A stretch of 40,523 nucleotides of DNA, taken from NCBI GenBank assembly GCA_964478525.1, contig CAYZKM010000001.1:1-40523 (forward strand), written 5' to 3'. Numbering within the stretch: position 1 is the stretch's first letter; each line of letters opens with the position of its first letter. The position numbers and the translations under genes are program-made. Positions 10,234 through 17,726 of this stretch are shown here, piece by piece. The notes under the pieces are model-generated. The model searched no databases and was not told the origin of the DNA. It saw only the letters and a list, made by a program, of their open reading frames with translations. The DNA is from an uncultured Bifidobacterium sp. (lineage in GTDB: Bacteria > Pseudomonadota > Alphaproteobacteria > Acetobacterales > Acetobacteraceae).

Positions 10234-11486
10234 TGACCGCATCGCAAGGGCCTCTGGCGGGGCTGCGGGTGCTGGAACTGGCCGATCACAAAGGCCACTT
10301 CTGCGGCAAGTTGCTGGGCGATCTGGGCGCTGATATCATCAAGATCGAACCACCTGGCGGCGAACCATGCCGCCATGTCGGCCCGTTCCTGGATGATATT
10401 CCTCATCCGGAACGTAGCCTGTCGTTCTGGTACTACAATACATCGAAGCGCGGCATCACGCTGGATATTGGTTCGCCCGACGGAACGGCATTGCTGCGGC
10501 GATTGGTCGCCTCGGCCGATATTGTGCTGGAAACCTTCCGGCCGGGGTACCTGGCATCCGTCGGCCTAGGCTACGATTCGCTGAGTGCCGACAACGCGGC
10601 CCTGATCATGTGTTCGCTGACGCCATTCGGGCAGACCGGGCCATGGCGCGATTTCATGTCGTCGGACCTGCTGCACATGGCGGCGGGTGGAGAGATGGCG
10701 TCCTGCGGCTATGATCAGGCGGATGTCCCGAATGCCCCGCCCATCGCACCCGGTGGCGGCAATGCGTGGCATATGGGCTGTCACTACGCCTATATGGCCA
10801 TCATGGCCGCGCTGGTGTTCCGCACCATCTCCGGACGTGGGCAGTATATCGACACCTCGATCCATGAGGCGTGCGCACTGACAACGGAATCCGCCATCGC
10901 CAACTATATCTATCGTGGGGAGGTGCTGAAGCGGCAGACCGGACGCCACCATGCGGTGGGGCCGACACCGCGAACGCAGTTCCTCGCCAAGGATGGGGTC
11001 TATGTGACGGCGCTGATCTCGGGCGGCCTGAACCCTCGCAACGTCAAGGACCTTGCCGCGCTGATGGACAAATATGGCATGGCCGGCGATTTGACAGACC
11101 CGAAATACCAGGACCCGGCAGTGATCGCCGAGAACACGTCGCACATCATCGATGGCCTGCTGGCCGGTTTCATTGCCAGCCTGCCCGCTGATGAAGTCTA
11201 TCACGCGGCGCAGGAACGCGGGTTCACCTGGGGCGCGGTGCGGGCGCCGGAAGCATTGCTGGATGATGCGCATCTGCACGACCGCGGCTTCTGGAAGCAG
11301 GTGGAACATCCCGAGCTGGGCCGCAGCTTCACCTATCCCGGAGAGGCCGCGATCTTCAACGGCACGCCGTGGCGGATTTCCCGGCGCGCGCCGTTGATCG
11401 GCGAGCATAACACCGAACTTTATTGCGACGAGTTGGGTCTTTCGCCTAGCGAAGTGTCGATGCTGGCCGAAAGCGGGGTCATCTGA
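10233..11486 (+). CDS. Family III CoA-transferase (CaiB/BaiF), BbsE-like partner subunit
   Basis: Motifs LAGLRVLEL, DLGADIIKIEPPGG, NTSKRGITLD, TPFGQTGP and RAPLIGEHN. TGATG overlap with the upstream gene. Confidence 0.9.
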   Translation: MTASQGPLAGLRVLELADHKGHFCGKLLGDLGADIIKIEPPGGEPCRHVGPFLDDIPHPERSLSFWYYNTSKRGITLDIGSPDGTALLRRLVASADIVLETFRPGYLASVGLGYDSLSADNAALIMCSLTPFGQTGPWRDFMSSDLLHMAAGGEMASCGYDQADVPNAPPIAPGGGNAWHMGCHYAYMAIMAALVFRTISGRGQYIDTSIHEACALTTESAIANYIYRGEVLKRQTGRHHAVGPTPRTQFLAKDGVYVTALISGGLNPRNVKDLAALMDKYGMAGDLTDPKYQDPAVIAENTSHIIDGLLAGFIASLPADEVYHAAQERGFTWGAVRAPEALLDDAHLHDRGFWKQVEHPELGRSFTYPGEAAIFNGTPWRISRRAPLIGEHNTELYCDELGLSPSEVSMLAESGVI

Positions 11487-11563
11487 TCGGGTGGCATATG
11501 GTCGATCGACCTCGTATCGCCTATGGTCTGACGCGATCGATGAAACCATGAGGAGGAAACAAG

Positions 11564-12082
11564 ATGGCATACTCGCTTTATGATGCTGCTGTGACGACTT
11601 GCGCGCAGCAGCTTGGTGCGCTGGTCGGTGTGATCGACAAGGCGGCAGCCCATTGTGCGGCCGCCAAGATCGAGGAATCGGTTCTATTGCAGGATCGTCT
11701 GTATCCCGACATGTTCTGCCTGGCGCGCCAGATTCGCCAGTCGGCGGATTTCGGCATGAATATCGGTGGTCGTCTTGCCGGCGTCACGCCCCCCGCCTTG
11801 GCGGCGGTGGATGACACAAGCTTCGCCGATGCAAAAAAGCGTGTCGAGGCGGCACTGGCCTTCGTGAAGTCGCTGACCCCCGCGCAGGTGAATGGCGCCG
11901 AGGACAGGATCATCGCCTGGACTGCGGGCGGCAACGAACGCAAGATGAAGGGCAATGACTATCTGCAGCAGTTCGGCCTGCCGAACTTCTACTTCTTCGT
12001 GACAACGGCTTATGGGATCCTGCGCCATCGTGGTGTGCCGGTGGGCAAGCGGGACTTCCTTGGCCCGGTCAACTGGCTGTAA
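11564..12082 (+). CDS. DUF1993 family protein (DinB-like helical bundle)
   Basis: Motifs RLYPDMFCLARQ and LPNFYFFVTTAYGILRHRGVPVGKRDFLG. RBS GAGGAGG. Confidence 0.88.
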   Translation: MAYSLYDAAVTTCAQQLGALVGVIDKAAAHCAAAKIEESVLLQDRLYPDMFCLARQIRQSADFGMNIGGRLAGVTPPALAAVDDTSFADAKKRVEAALAFVKSLTPAQVNGAEDRIIAWTAGGNERKMKGNDYLQQFGLPNFYFFVTTAYGILRHRGVPVGKRDFLGPVNWL

Positions 12083-12098
12083 CCAAGCTGACTGCGAA

Positions 12099-12124
12099 CC
12101 CGCCGGCGCCGAAGTGCCGGCGGG
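12099..12124. terminator. Hairpin between DUF1993 and the convergent selenoprotein operon; candidate terminator
   Basis: CCCGCCGGCGC-CGAA-GTGCCGGCGGG forms an 11-bp stem with one G-U pair. Confidence 0.55.
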
Positions 12125-12127
12125 GGA

Positions 12128-13126
12128 CTACAGCCGGGGCAGGCGTCGCGTCACGCACATCGTTCCGCCGCCCCATGGTACCAGGCATGTCATCTTCACG
12201 CCGGCACCGCCGGTGATGACCAGGTGGATATCCTCCGGCGCCCGCGCGATGGGCCAATCCGGGTCTGATGCATCCCACAGGAACTGTCGTGCCTGTGCCA
12301 GTGTCCAGCCAGCCTTTGTCACCACATCCGCCATTTCCGGTGGTATCAGCAGGAACTGTTCGCCGGGATCGCGATGGCGGCCGCCTGATGCGGCCTCTCG
12401 CGCTCCGCGCATGGCCGCAAATGCAGGACGCAGCACGGCTTCCGGGGTGGACGCGCCGGCTTCGGGCAGGACTTCGATCGTGCCGGACAGCCCGATGACG
12501 GTGACCGCGCTTTGATCCGCCGACAGTCCGCGACGCGCATGTAGTGGCGGCGCCAGCGGATGGGTACCCTCGGCAAAGGCCATGCCGTATTTGGCGGGCT
12601 GACCCATCGTTGCCATGTCGCCGACCAAAGGCCGAGCGCCGCCGATGAAAGTGAGAACGTGGCGCAGTGCGCGACCGATACAGGCGTTGGCGCGATTACC
12701 CGGACCCAGGCAATTGGCGCCGGGGTTCATGGCAAGTGTCGTGACGGCTGGTCCATGCACCAGCGCCGCGGCGGTTGGCGTACCGGTGGTGGTCTGGATT
12801 CCAAGCAGGTTGAACGCGGGCTCCACTGTGGCGATCGCGGCTTCCAGCACGACGGAGAATTCGGCGGGGCGGCAACCGGCGACAACGCAGCACCAAGCGA
12901 CGGATTCTGCGGTGATAGCGCCGAACAAGGGCGGCATGAAACCGAACGATGATGCGGGATTTTGGGCACCAAGCATCGCGGTCAGACGCGCTGCGGTCGG
13001 AACCACGGCAGGCAGGCCGTCGGAGAGTTCAGCTTGCAGCAGCGCGTCCTGTGCGAGATCCCAATCCACATCGTCGGCGAACAGCGGTGCGTCGCGATCA
13101 CCAACCGGAACAGTCTGTCCTGTCAT
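12128..13126 (-). CDS. Uncharacterised UGSC-operon partner protein B (DGLP-x-V-x-PT family)
   Basis: Motifs SDGLPAVVPT, AGCRP, IQTTT, NCLGPGNRAN, GQPAKY and GGAG. Paralog of the upstream gene. ATG 13126 overlaps the upstream TGA (ATGA). Confidence 0.85.
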   Translation of the reverse strand: MTGQTVPVGDRDAPLFADDVDWDLAQDALLQAELSDGLPAVVPTAARLTAMLGAQNPASSFGFMPPLFGAITAESVAWCCVVAGCRPAEFSVVLEAAIATVEPAFNLLGIQTTTGTPTAAALVHGPAVTTLAMNPGANCLGPGNRANACIGRALRHVLTFIGGARPLVGDMATMGQPAKYGMAFAEGTHPLAPPLHARRGLSADQSAVTVIGLSGTIEVLPEAGASTPEAVLRPAFAAMRGAREAASGGRHRDPGEQFLLIPPEMADVVTKAGWTLAQARQFLWDASDPDWPIARAPEDIHLVITGGAGVKMTCLVPWGGGTMCVTRRLPRL

Positions 13127-14172
13127 CCTGCGGCCGGTGGTTTCACGCGGATCGAAATGGCCGCGGTGCCGCCGAAGGATGGTATCCAAGCCGAATGCTT
13201 GCCAGCCCCGCCGGCCACCGCGATATGGATGTCATCCGGTGTCGGGGCCACGCGGTAGAAATCGTGCTCGGGCAGGTGGCCGGCTTCCTCGTATCGGCGC
13301 TGGTTTTCGGGTGAAACCTGCGAGACTGGAACGCGGGCTTTGTCGAACAGGAACTGCTGAATCATCGGGACAGTCCAGTTGTCGCGCGCCAGGGTGGCGC
13401 CATGTTCAGGGCCAAACACCAGGAAATAGGGGCCTTTGGCCGAGATCGTGTTGGCCGCTGGGGAAGCGATACCGCCGGCGAAGGTCGTCAGCAGGCCCTG
13501 TCCGGTCGTGCTGCCATGGTCGTTCAGATTATGGTTCGGTTCGGCTGACATGACGGTCGCCACGCTGTCATTGGCGGTGAAGCCCTGGCGAACATGATAG
13601 GGGGCGAACGGGCTTTCTTCTTCGTTCTCGCCGAAACAGAACGTGTATTTCGCTGGCGAACCAAAGGTGGAACGGTCCATCACTGCCGGTTTCGCGCCGC
13701 CCACATTGTTCAGGATCAGCTGCAACGCGCGCCCGATGGCGGCATTGGCGCGCCAGCCCTGCCCGAAGCAGTTCGTTCCACAATTGATATTCAATTCCTT
13801 CCGCAGCGGACCGTTCACCATGATCATCGGGGCACAGGAGTGGGTCGTGGCCAGCGTGCCGTGAAGATTGTAGTCAGCGACGAGAACACCGCGCAGTGCT
13901 GCCAGCACCACGGGGAAATAAGATGGCCGGCACCCGGCCATCACCGCGTTGGCGGCCAGGCTGCGAATGGTCGGAATCAGCAGGCGCGGCGTTATGGCGG
14001 GGAACGGTTCGTTGTCGCCGCGTGCGCCATCGACCATGCGGGCCACCGCATCCTCGGTCGGTGGTACCACCGGAAGCCCGTCGGTCCAGCCTTGTGCCTC
14101 GACATATTCGGCCCAGGCGTCAGGATCCATTTCCGGGATGTCGAGGACTTCGGCTTCGGTAGTATCTGACAT
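13123..14172 (-). CDS. Uncharacterised UGSC-operon partner protein A (DGLP-x-V-x-PT family)
   Basis: Motifs GWTDGLPVVPPT, ANAVMAGCRP, TLATTHS, NCFGQGWRANAAIGRAL, GSPAKY, FGENEEESP and GGAGKHS. RBS GGGGAG precedes ATG 14172. Confidence 0.88.
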   Translation of the reverse strand: MSDTTEAEVLDIPEMDPDAWAEYVEAQGWTDGLPVVPPTEDAVARMVDGARGDNEPFPAITPRLLIPTIRSLAANAVMAGCRPSYFPVVLAALRGVLVADYNLHGTLATTHSCAPMIMVNGPLRKELNINCGTNCFGQGWRANAAIGRALQLILNNVGGAKPAVMDRSTFGSPAKYTFCFGENEEESPFAPYHVRQGFTANDSVATVMSAEPNHNLNDHGSTTGQGLLTTFAGGIASPAANTISAKGPYFLVFGPEHGATLARDNWTVPMIQQFLFDKARVPVSQVSPENQRRYEEAGHLPEHDFYRVAPTPDDIHIAVAGGAGKHSAWIPSFGGTAAISIRVKPPAAG

Positions 14173-14198
14173 CCTGGACTCCCCGTCATGCGGACGCG

Positions 14199-14234
14199 GC
14201 AACCATCCCTGGGACGGTACCCTGGGATGGTTGC
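14199..14234 (-). other. Strong intra-operon stem-loop just after the selenoprotein stop codon
   Basis: Plus-strand GCAACCATCCC-T-GGG-ACGGTA-CCC-T-GGGATGGTTGC gives 11 bp, one mismatch, then 3 bp. No U-tract follows on the minus strand. Confidence 0.6.
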
Positions 14235-14237
14235 AAA

Positions 14238-14756
14238 CTAGATTTTCATCTCCAGCTTCAGGCCTAGGAAGGCGGCGGCAATCCGGTCTTCGAGTTCGGC
14301 CGCATTCAATCCCCCGACCGGGTGCTTCACCACGATCAGATGCGGTTCCAGCTTGCGTGCCCTGGCCTGTGCCAGAACCAGTGGCCGAAACGTTTCGGTA
14401 GCGATCACCAACCCGGCCAGGCCGCGCTTCCTCAGTTCAATGCTGTCGTGGAAACTCCACGATGAGCACGAGCCTCAGTCGCCCAATGCCAGCAGTGCAA
14501 TACGATACTTGCGGGCGACCGCGTCGATCGTTTCGGCGGGTGCCGGTTGGCTGGCACTGGGCTTCGAGATGTAGTCGACATTGTCGACGCGACGAATGGC
14601 CGATAGGCGATCGCGGACGCCTTCAAGCAATTCCCGTGCGTTCGGCTTGTTGTTCGAGAACAGGATGATCGGGTCATTCGTCCAATCGATCGGACCGGCC
14701 GTGGCCGTTCCTTCCCCCTTGGGCTCGATCCCGAAACTGGGATTGACGATGCGCAT
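14238..14756 (-). CDS. UGSC family selenoprotein (172 aa; UGA at 14475-14477 read as Sec, giving a U-x-x-C motif)
   Basis: The ORF track stops at ...LLALGD. The frame continues TGA GGC TCG TGC TCA TCG TGG... as U-GSCSSWSFHDSIELRKRGLAGLVIATETFRPLVLAQARARKLEPHLIVVKHPVGGLNAAELEDRIAAAFLGLKLEMKI, ending at TAG 14238. N-terminal motifs SNNKPNA and KPSASQPA, RBS GGAGAGG, a SECIS-like hairpin, and selB two genes upstream all support this. Confidence 0.92.
14441..14468 (-). promoter_or_regulatory. Putative bacterial SECIS element
   Basis: mRNA reads UGA-GGCUCG-UGCU-CA-UCGUGGA-GUU-UCCACGA-C-AGCA: a 4-bp lower stem, an internal loop, a perfect 7-bp upper stem, and an apical loop starting with G 20 nt after the UGA. 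Confidence 0.75.
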
Positions 14757-14791
14757 GCGGTGTCCTCTCCCGTACCACGCTCATCTCACTC

Positions 14792-15676
14792 CTAAGCGGG
14801 GCTCTTGCCAAGGGGGGCCAGGACGGTCTGCGCAGATGTGGCGGCCAGGCGACCGTCATCGGCGGCGGCGGCCAGTGTTCGCTGCGACCCGGCGCGCACA
14901 TCGCCGACGGCCAGCAGACGGGGCAGGGAGGTTTGCAACATGGCATCTGTGATTACGCGGCCATCGGCGTCACGGGCAAGACCGGCAGGCGCAAAGCCGA
15001 GCGCGGGACGGCGAGCGCATTGCACGAAGACGGCAGCGGCGGGGATCGTGCGGGTGTCGCCATCATCAGTCGTCACCGTGATGGATTCCAGGCCGTCCGT
15101 TCCGTTCAAGGCCGTGATTCTACCTTCAATGATGGTCAGCTCGGGAATCAGCGGCGCGGGTGCGCCTTGCGTGACCAGGGTGACGGAAGCGACAGGGGCC
15201 AGTTCGATCGCCTCGGCCAGCGCCCAGCGATCCGCACCGGCAACGACGACCGGTTGTCCGTGATACAACGGCCCATCGCAGGCCGCGCAATGCGACAAGC
15301 CTCGTCCGTCATAGTCCTGCTCGGCATCCAGGCCGAGCGTGCCGGGGCCGAGACCGGTGGCAAGGATGACGGCGCGGGCATGGTGGGTGTCGTCGTCCAC
15401 GATGACTTGCCAACCGGTTGCGTCCGAAACCAAAGCGGTTACCTCGCCAATCGACAGGTCAACACCGGCGGTGATTGCGGCCTCCAGCAGATCGGCGGCA
15501 AGACCCGGTCCAGTTTGTCCGTTCGGCAGGTCATGCAGGGCGCCCAGGTTCATCAGCTCGCCGCCGCCGCCCATACGATCGATCAGGACGCAGGACAGGC
15601 CGGCGGAGGTCACTTCGGTGGCAGCGGTCAGGCCGGCGGCGCCGGCGCCAATGATCGCGATGTCCCAGTCCGCCAT
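14792..15676 (-). CDS. Thioredoxin reductase (TrxB)-like FAD-dependent disulfide reductase with degenerate NAD(P)H motifs
   Basis: Motifs IIGAGAAG, VILATG, GRGLSHCAACDG (redox CxxC) and TSLPRLLAVGDV. The second dinucleotide motif reads GADRWA instead of GGGxxA. Confidence 0.88.
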   Translation of the reverse strand: MADWDIAIIGAGAAGLTAATEVTSAGLSCVLIDRMGGGGELMNLGALHDLPNGQTGPGLAADLLEAAITAGVDLSIGEVTALVSDATGWQVIVDDDTHHARAVILATGLGPGTLGLDAEQDYDGRGLSHCAACDGPLYHGQPVVVAGADRWALAEAIELAPVASVTLVTQGAPAPLIPELTIIEGRITALNGTDGLESITVTTDDGDTRTIPAAAVFVQCARRPALGFAPAGLARDADGRVITDAMLQTSLPRLLAVGDVRAGSQRTLAAAADDGRLAATSAQTVLAPLGKSPA

Positions 15677-15738
15677 ATCGAGATGCCTCGTGTCGATCCA
15701 ATCGCCAATTTTAAGGGCCCGTGCAGGATTGGGAAAGC

Positions 15739-17649
15739 CTATGCGCCAAACACGGCTGCAACGGATTTTCCGGCACGTCGCAGGTCGCCGCGGCGCACCG
15801 TGATCCCGCGGCGGTCGAAATGATCCAGAATCTGGATCGCCAGTTGCCGGCCGTTGTCCAACCGATCGCGGAACTGCGCGGCCGTGAATCCGGGCGCCCC
15901 GACGTCGTCCGACAGAGCATGCGCAGCTTCTGCCATGGCTACCACGGCGCTACGGAGAAAGAATCGATCGGGTGCAACCTCTTGCACCAGACCCATCCGA
16001 GCAAATCCCTTGCAGGCTCGCCGGAGCATGACATCGGTGATCCCAAGTGTCGCGGCGGCGTCACGCAACAGGGGCGGACGGAAAGGCGCTGCTTCCAGCA
16101 GCGGACGAACCGCATCCCACAGCACGGCATCCGCTGTCGCGAGGCTGCCGCGATGACCCGGAGCGCGCAGCAGATGGGCCTGGGAGGCGATCGTTCCCTT
16201 GCCAACCAGAAAGCCGATCAATGCCGTAAATGCATCGCGCGGGACGCGGATTGGAACGGTCAGGCGCAGCGCTCCGGCCGAGATCCCGGGAGCAGTGGGC
16301 TGGCGGATATGGAATGCAACGATTGCATCGGTCACGGCCTCGGTCAGGCTTTGGAGCGATGCACTCGTCATGACGAAATCCCCGACCGTGGCGCCGTCGC
16401 CGATGGCCCTCGCAAGCCCGGATTCGGTCAGACCCCAATCCGACAGAACGACGTCCCGTCGAATCAGCAACGGCAGGTGAGACAGTCGGGCACGAAACGC
16501 CTGGATTGGATCGGAGGCAGTCAGCGCATGAAGGGTTGCCAGACGCGCGGAGGCACGTCGGTATCGATTGGGAGGACGGGGATCCAGCACGCGGCCGCCG
16601 GCGATCGTCCTGGCAGCGGACGCGTCGCGCAGCACCAGGCGGTCAGCATGGCGGACAGGCAGGGGACGGTCCAGAACCAGATGGGCCAGGCCGCTGCCGC
16701 TCGGCGCCAGAGCGGCCGGCTCCAACATCACGACACGTGCCGATACATGGCCAGCACCGTGGTGCACCAGGACAGATGTGCCGCTTTTCAATGTGGTCCG
16801 CTCTGCCGGCAGCAGCGAAAGCCAGGCATCGCATCGTTGGCTTTGGAACGAGTGGCCGGGGTCGGTTATCCAGTCGCCACGGCCGATCGCATCCTTACGG
16901 ATGCCAGGGCCCACTAGGTTCAAGGCACAGCGTTCACCGGCGACCGTCCGATCGACGGCTCGATTGGCGGCATGGATGCCGCGTACCCTGGCGGTCAGGC
17001 CCGAAGGCAGTATCAGGACCGTTTGGCCAATTTCGATAGTACCGGCGACAACCGGTCCGGTGACGACCGTGCCCGCTCCTGGAAGACTGAAACTACGGTC
17101 GACTGCCAGCCGGAATGCGTGATCGTCGGCGTCCTCAGTTTTGACATCGAGCGCCGCAGCCTTCATCAACCGGTTCCTCAATCGGTCGATCCCCGCACCT
17201 GTAATGGTTGATACGGGAAACACCTCGGCCTCGGCCAGGGCGGTGTCCTCCAGCAAGGTGGCTATTTCCAACTCAACCTCGATGATCCTGTCCGCGTCTA
17301 CAAGGTCGACCTTCGTCAGCGCAACGATGCCATGCGAGATGCCCAGCAAGGACAGGATCTGCAGATGTTCACGGGTTTGCGGCATGACGCCGTCATCAGC
17401 CGCGACAACCAGCAGTGCCATGCCGATGCTGGATGCCCCGGCAATCATCGTGTGAATCAGGCGTTCGTGGCCCGGCACATCGACAAACCCCAGGACCTTG
17501 CCGTCTGGTGTCGGGACGTACGCGAAGCCGAGATCCAGAGTGATGCTGCGCGCTTTCTCCTCGGGCAGGCGATCTGTATCGATACCGGTCAGGGCGCGTA
17601 CCAGGCTGGTTTTGCCATGGTCTATATGACCGGCAGTTCCGATGATCAT
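15739..17649 (-). CDS. selB: Selenocysteine-specific translation elongation factor SelB (636 aa)
   Basis: Motifs MIIGTAGHIDHGKT, DRLPEEKARSITLDLGF, DVPGHE, TKVD, VDRSF and GERCALN, plus the C-terminal winged-helix segment FRDRLDNGRQLAIQILDHFDRRGITVRRGDLRR. The true start is ATG 17649, not 17964. Confidence 0.95.
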   Translation of the reverse strand: MIIGTAGHIDHGKTSLVRALTGIDTDRLPEEKARSITLDLGFAYVPTPDGKVLGFVDVPGHERLIHTMIAGASSIGMALLVVAADDGVMPQTREHLQILSLLGISHGIVALTKVDLVDADRIIEVELEIATLLEDTALAEAEVFPVSTITGAGIDRLRNRLMKAAALDVKTEDADDHAFRLAVDRSFSLPGAGTVVTGPVVAGTIEIGQTVLILPSGLTARVRGIHAANRAVDRTVAGERCALNLVGPGIRKDAIGRGDWITDPGHSFQSQRCDAWLSLLPAERTTLKSGTSVLVHHGAGHVSARVVMLEPAALAPSGSGLAHLVLDRPLPVRHADRLVLRDASAARTIAGGRVLDPRPPNRYRRASARLATLHALTASDPIQAFRARLSHLPLLIRRDVVLSDWGLTESGLARAIGDGATVGDFVMTSASLQSLTEAVTDAIVAFHIRQPTAPGISAGALRLTVPIRVPRDAFTALIGFLVGKGTIASQAHLLRAPGHRGSLATADAVLWDAVRPLLEAAPFRPPLLRDAAATLGITDVMLRRACKGFARMGLVQEVAPDRFFLRSAVVAMAEAAHALSDDVGAPGFTAAQFRDRLDNGRQLAIQILDHFDRRGITVRRGDLRRAGKSVAAVFGA

Positions 17650-17726
17650 GGGTGACCCGGGTGGCGGGATGGACGCGGGCGGCCCGATTTGCGACACCTT
17701 ACGCTGACATTGCCGGAGGGAATGCC

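Noticed and set aside
11500-11511. 12-bp palindrome GGTCGATCGACC upstream of DUF1993
   Set aside because: It is short and built on the very common CGATCG core, so it is likely to occur by chance.
13123-13126. TGA ending partner protein A as a second Sec codon
   Set aside because: It is part of an ATGA stop/start overlap with gene B in another frame, and the protein is already complete relative to its paralog.
14475-14756. 93-aa hypothetical protein or nonsense pseudogene, as the ORF track implies
   Set aside because: The frame stays open and protein-like for 78 codons after the TGA, the TGA lies in a U-G-S-C motif with a SECIS-like hairpin, and selB is in the same cluster. Recoding explains it better.
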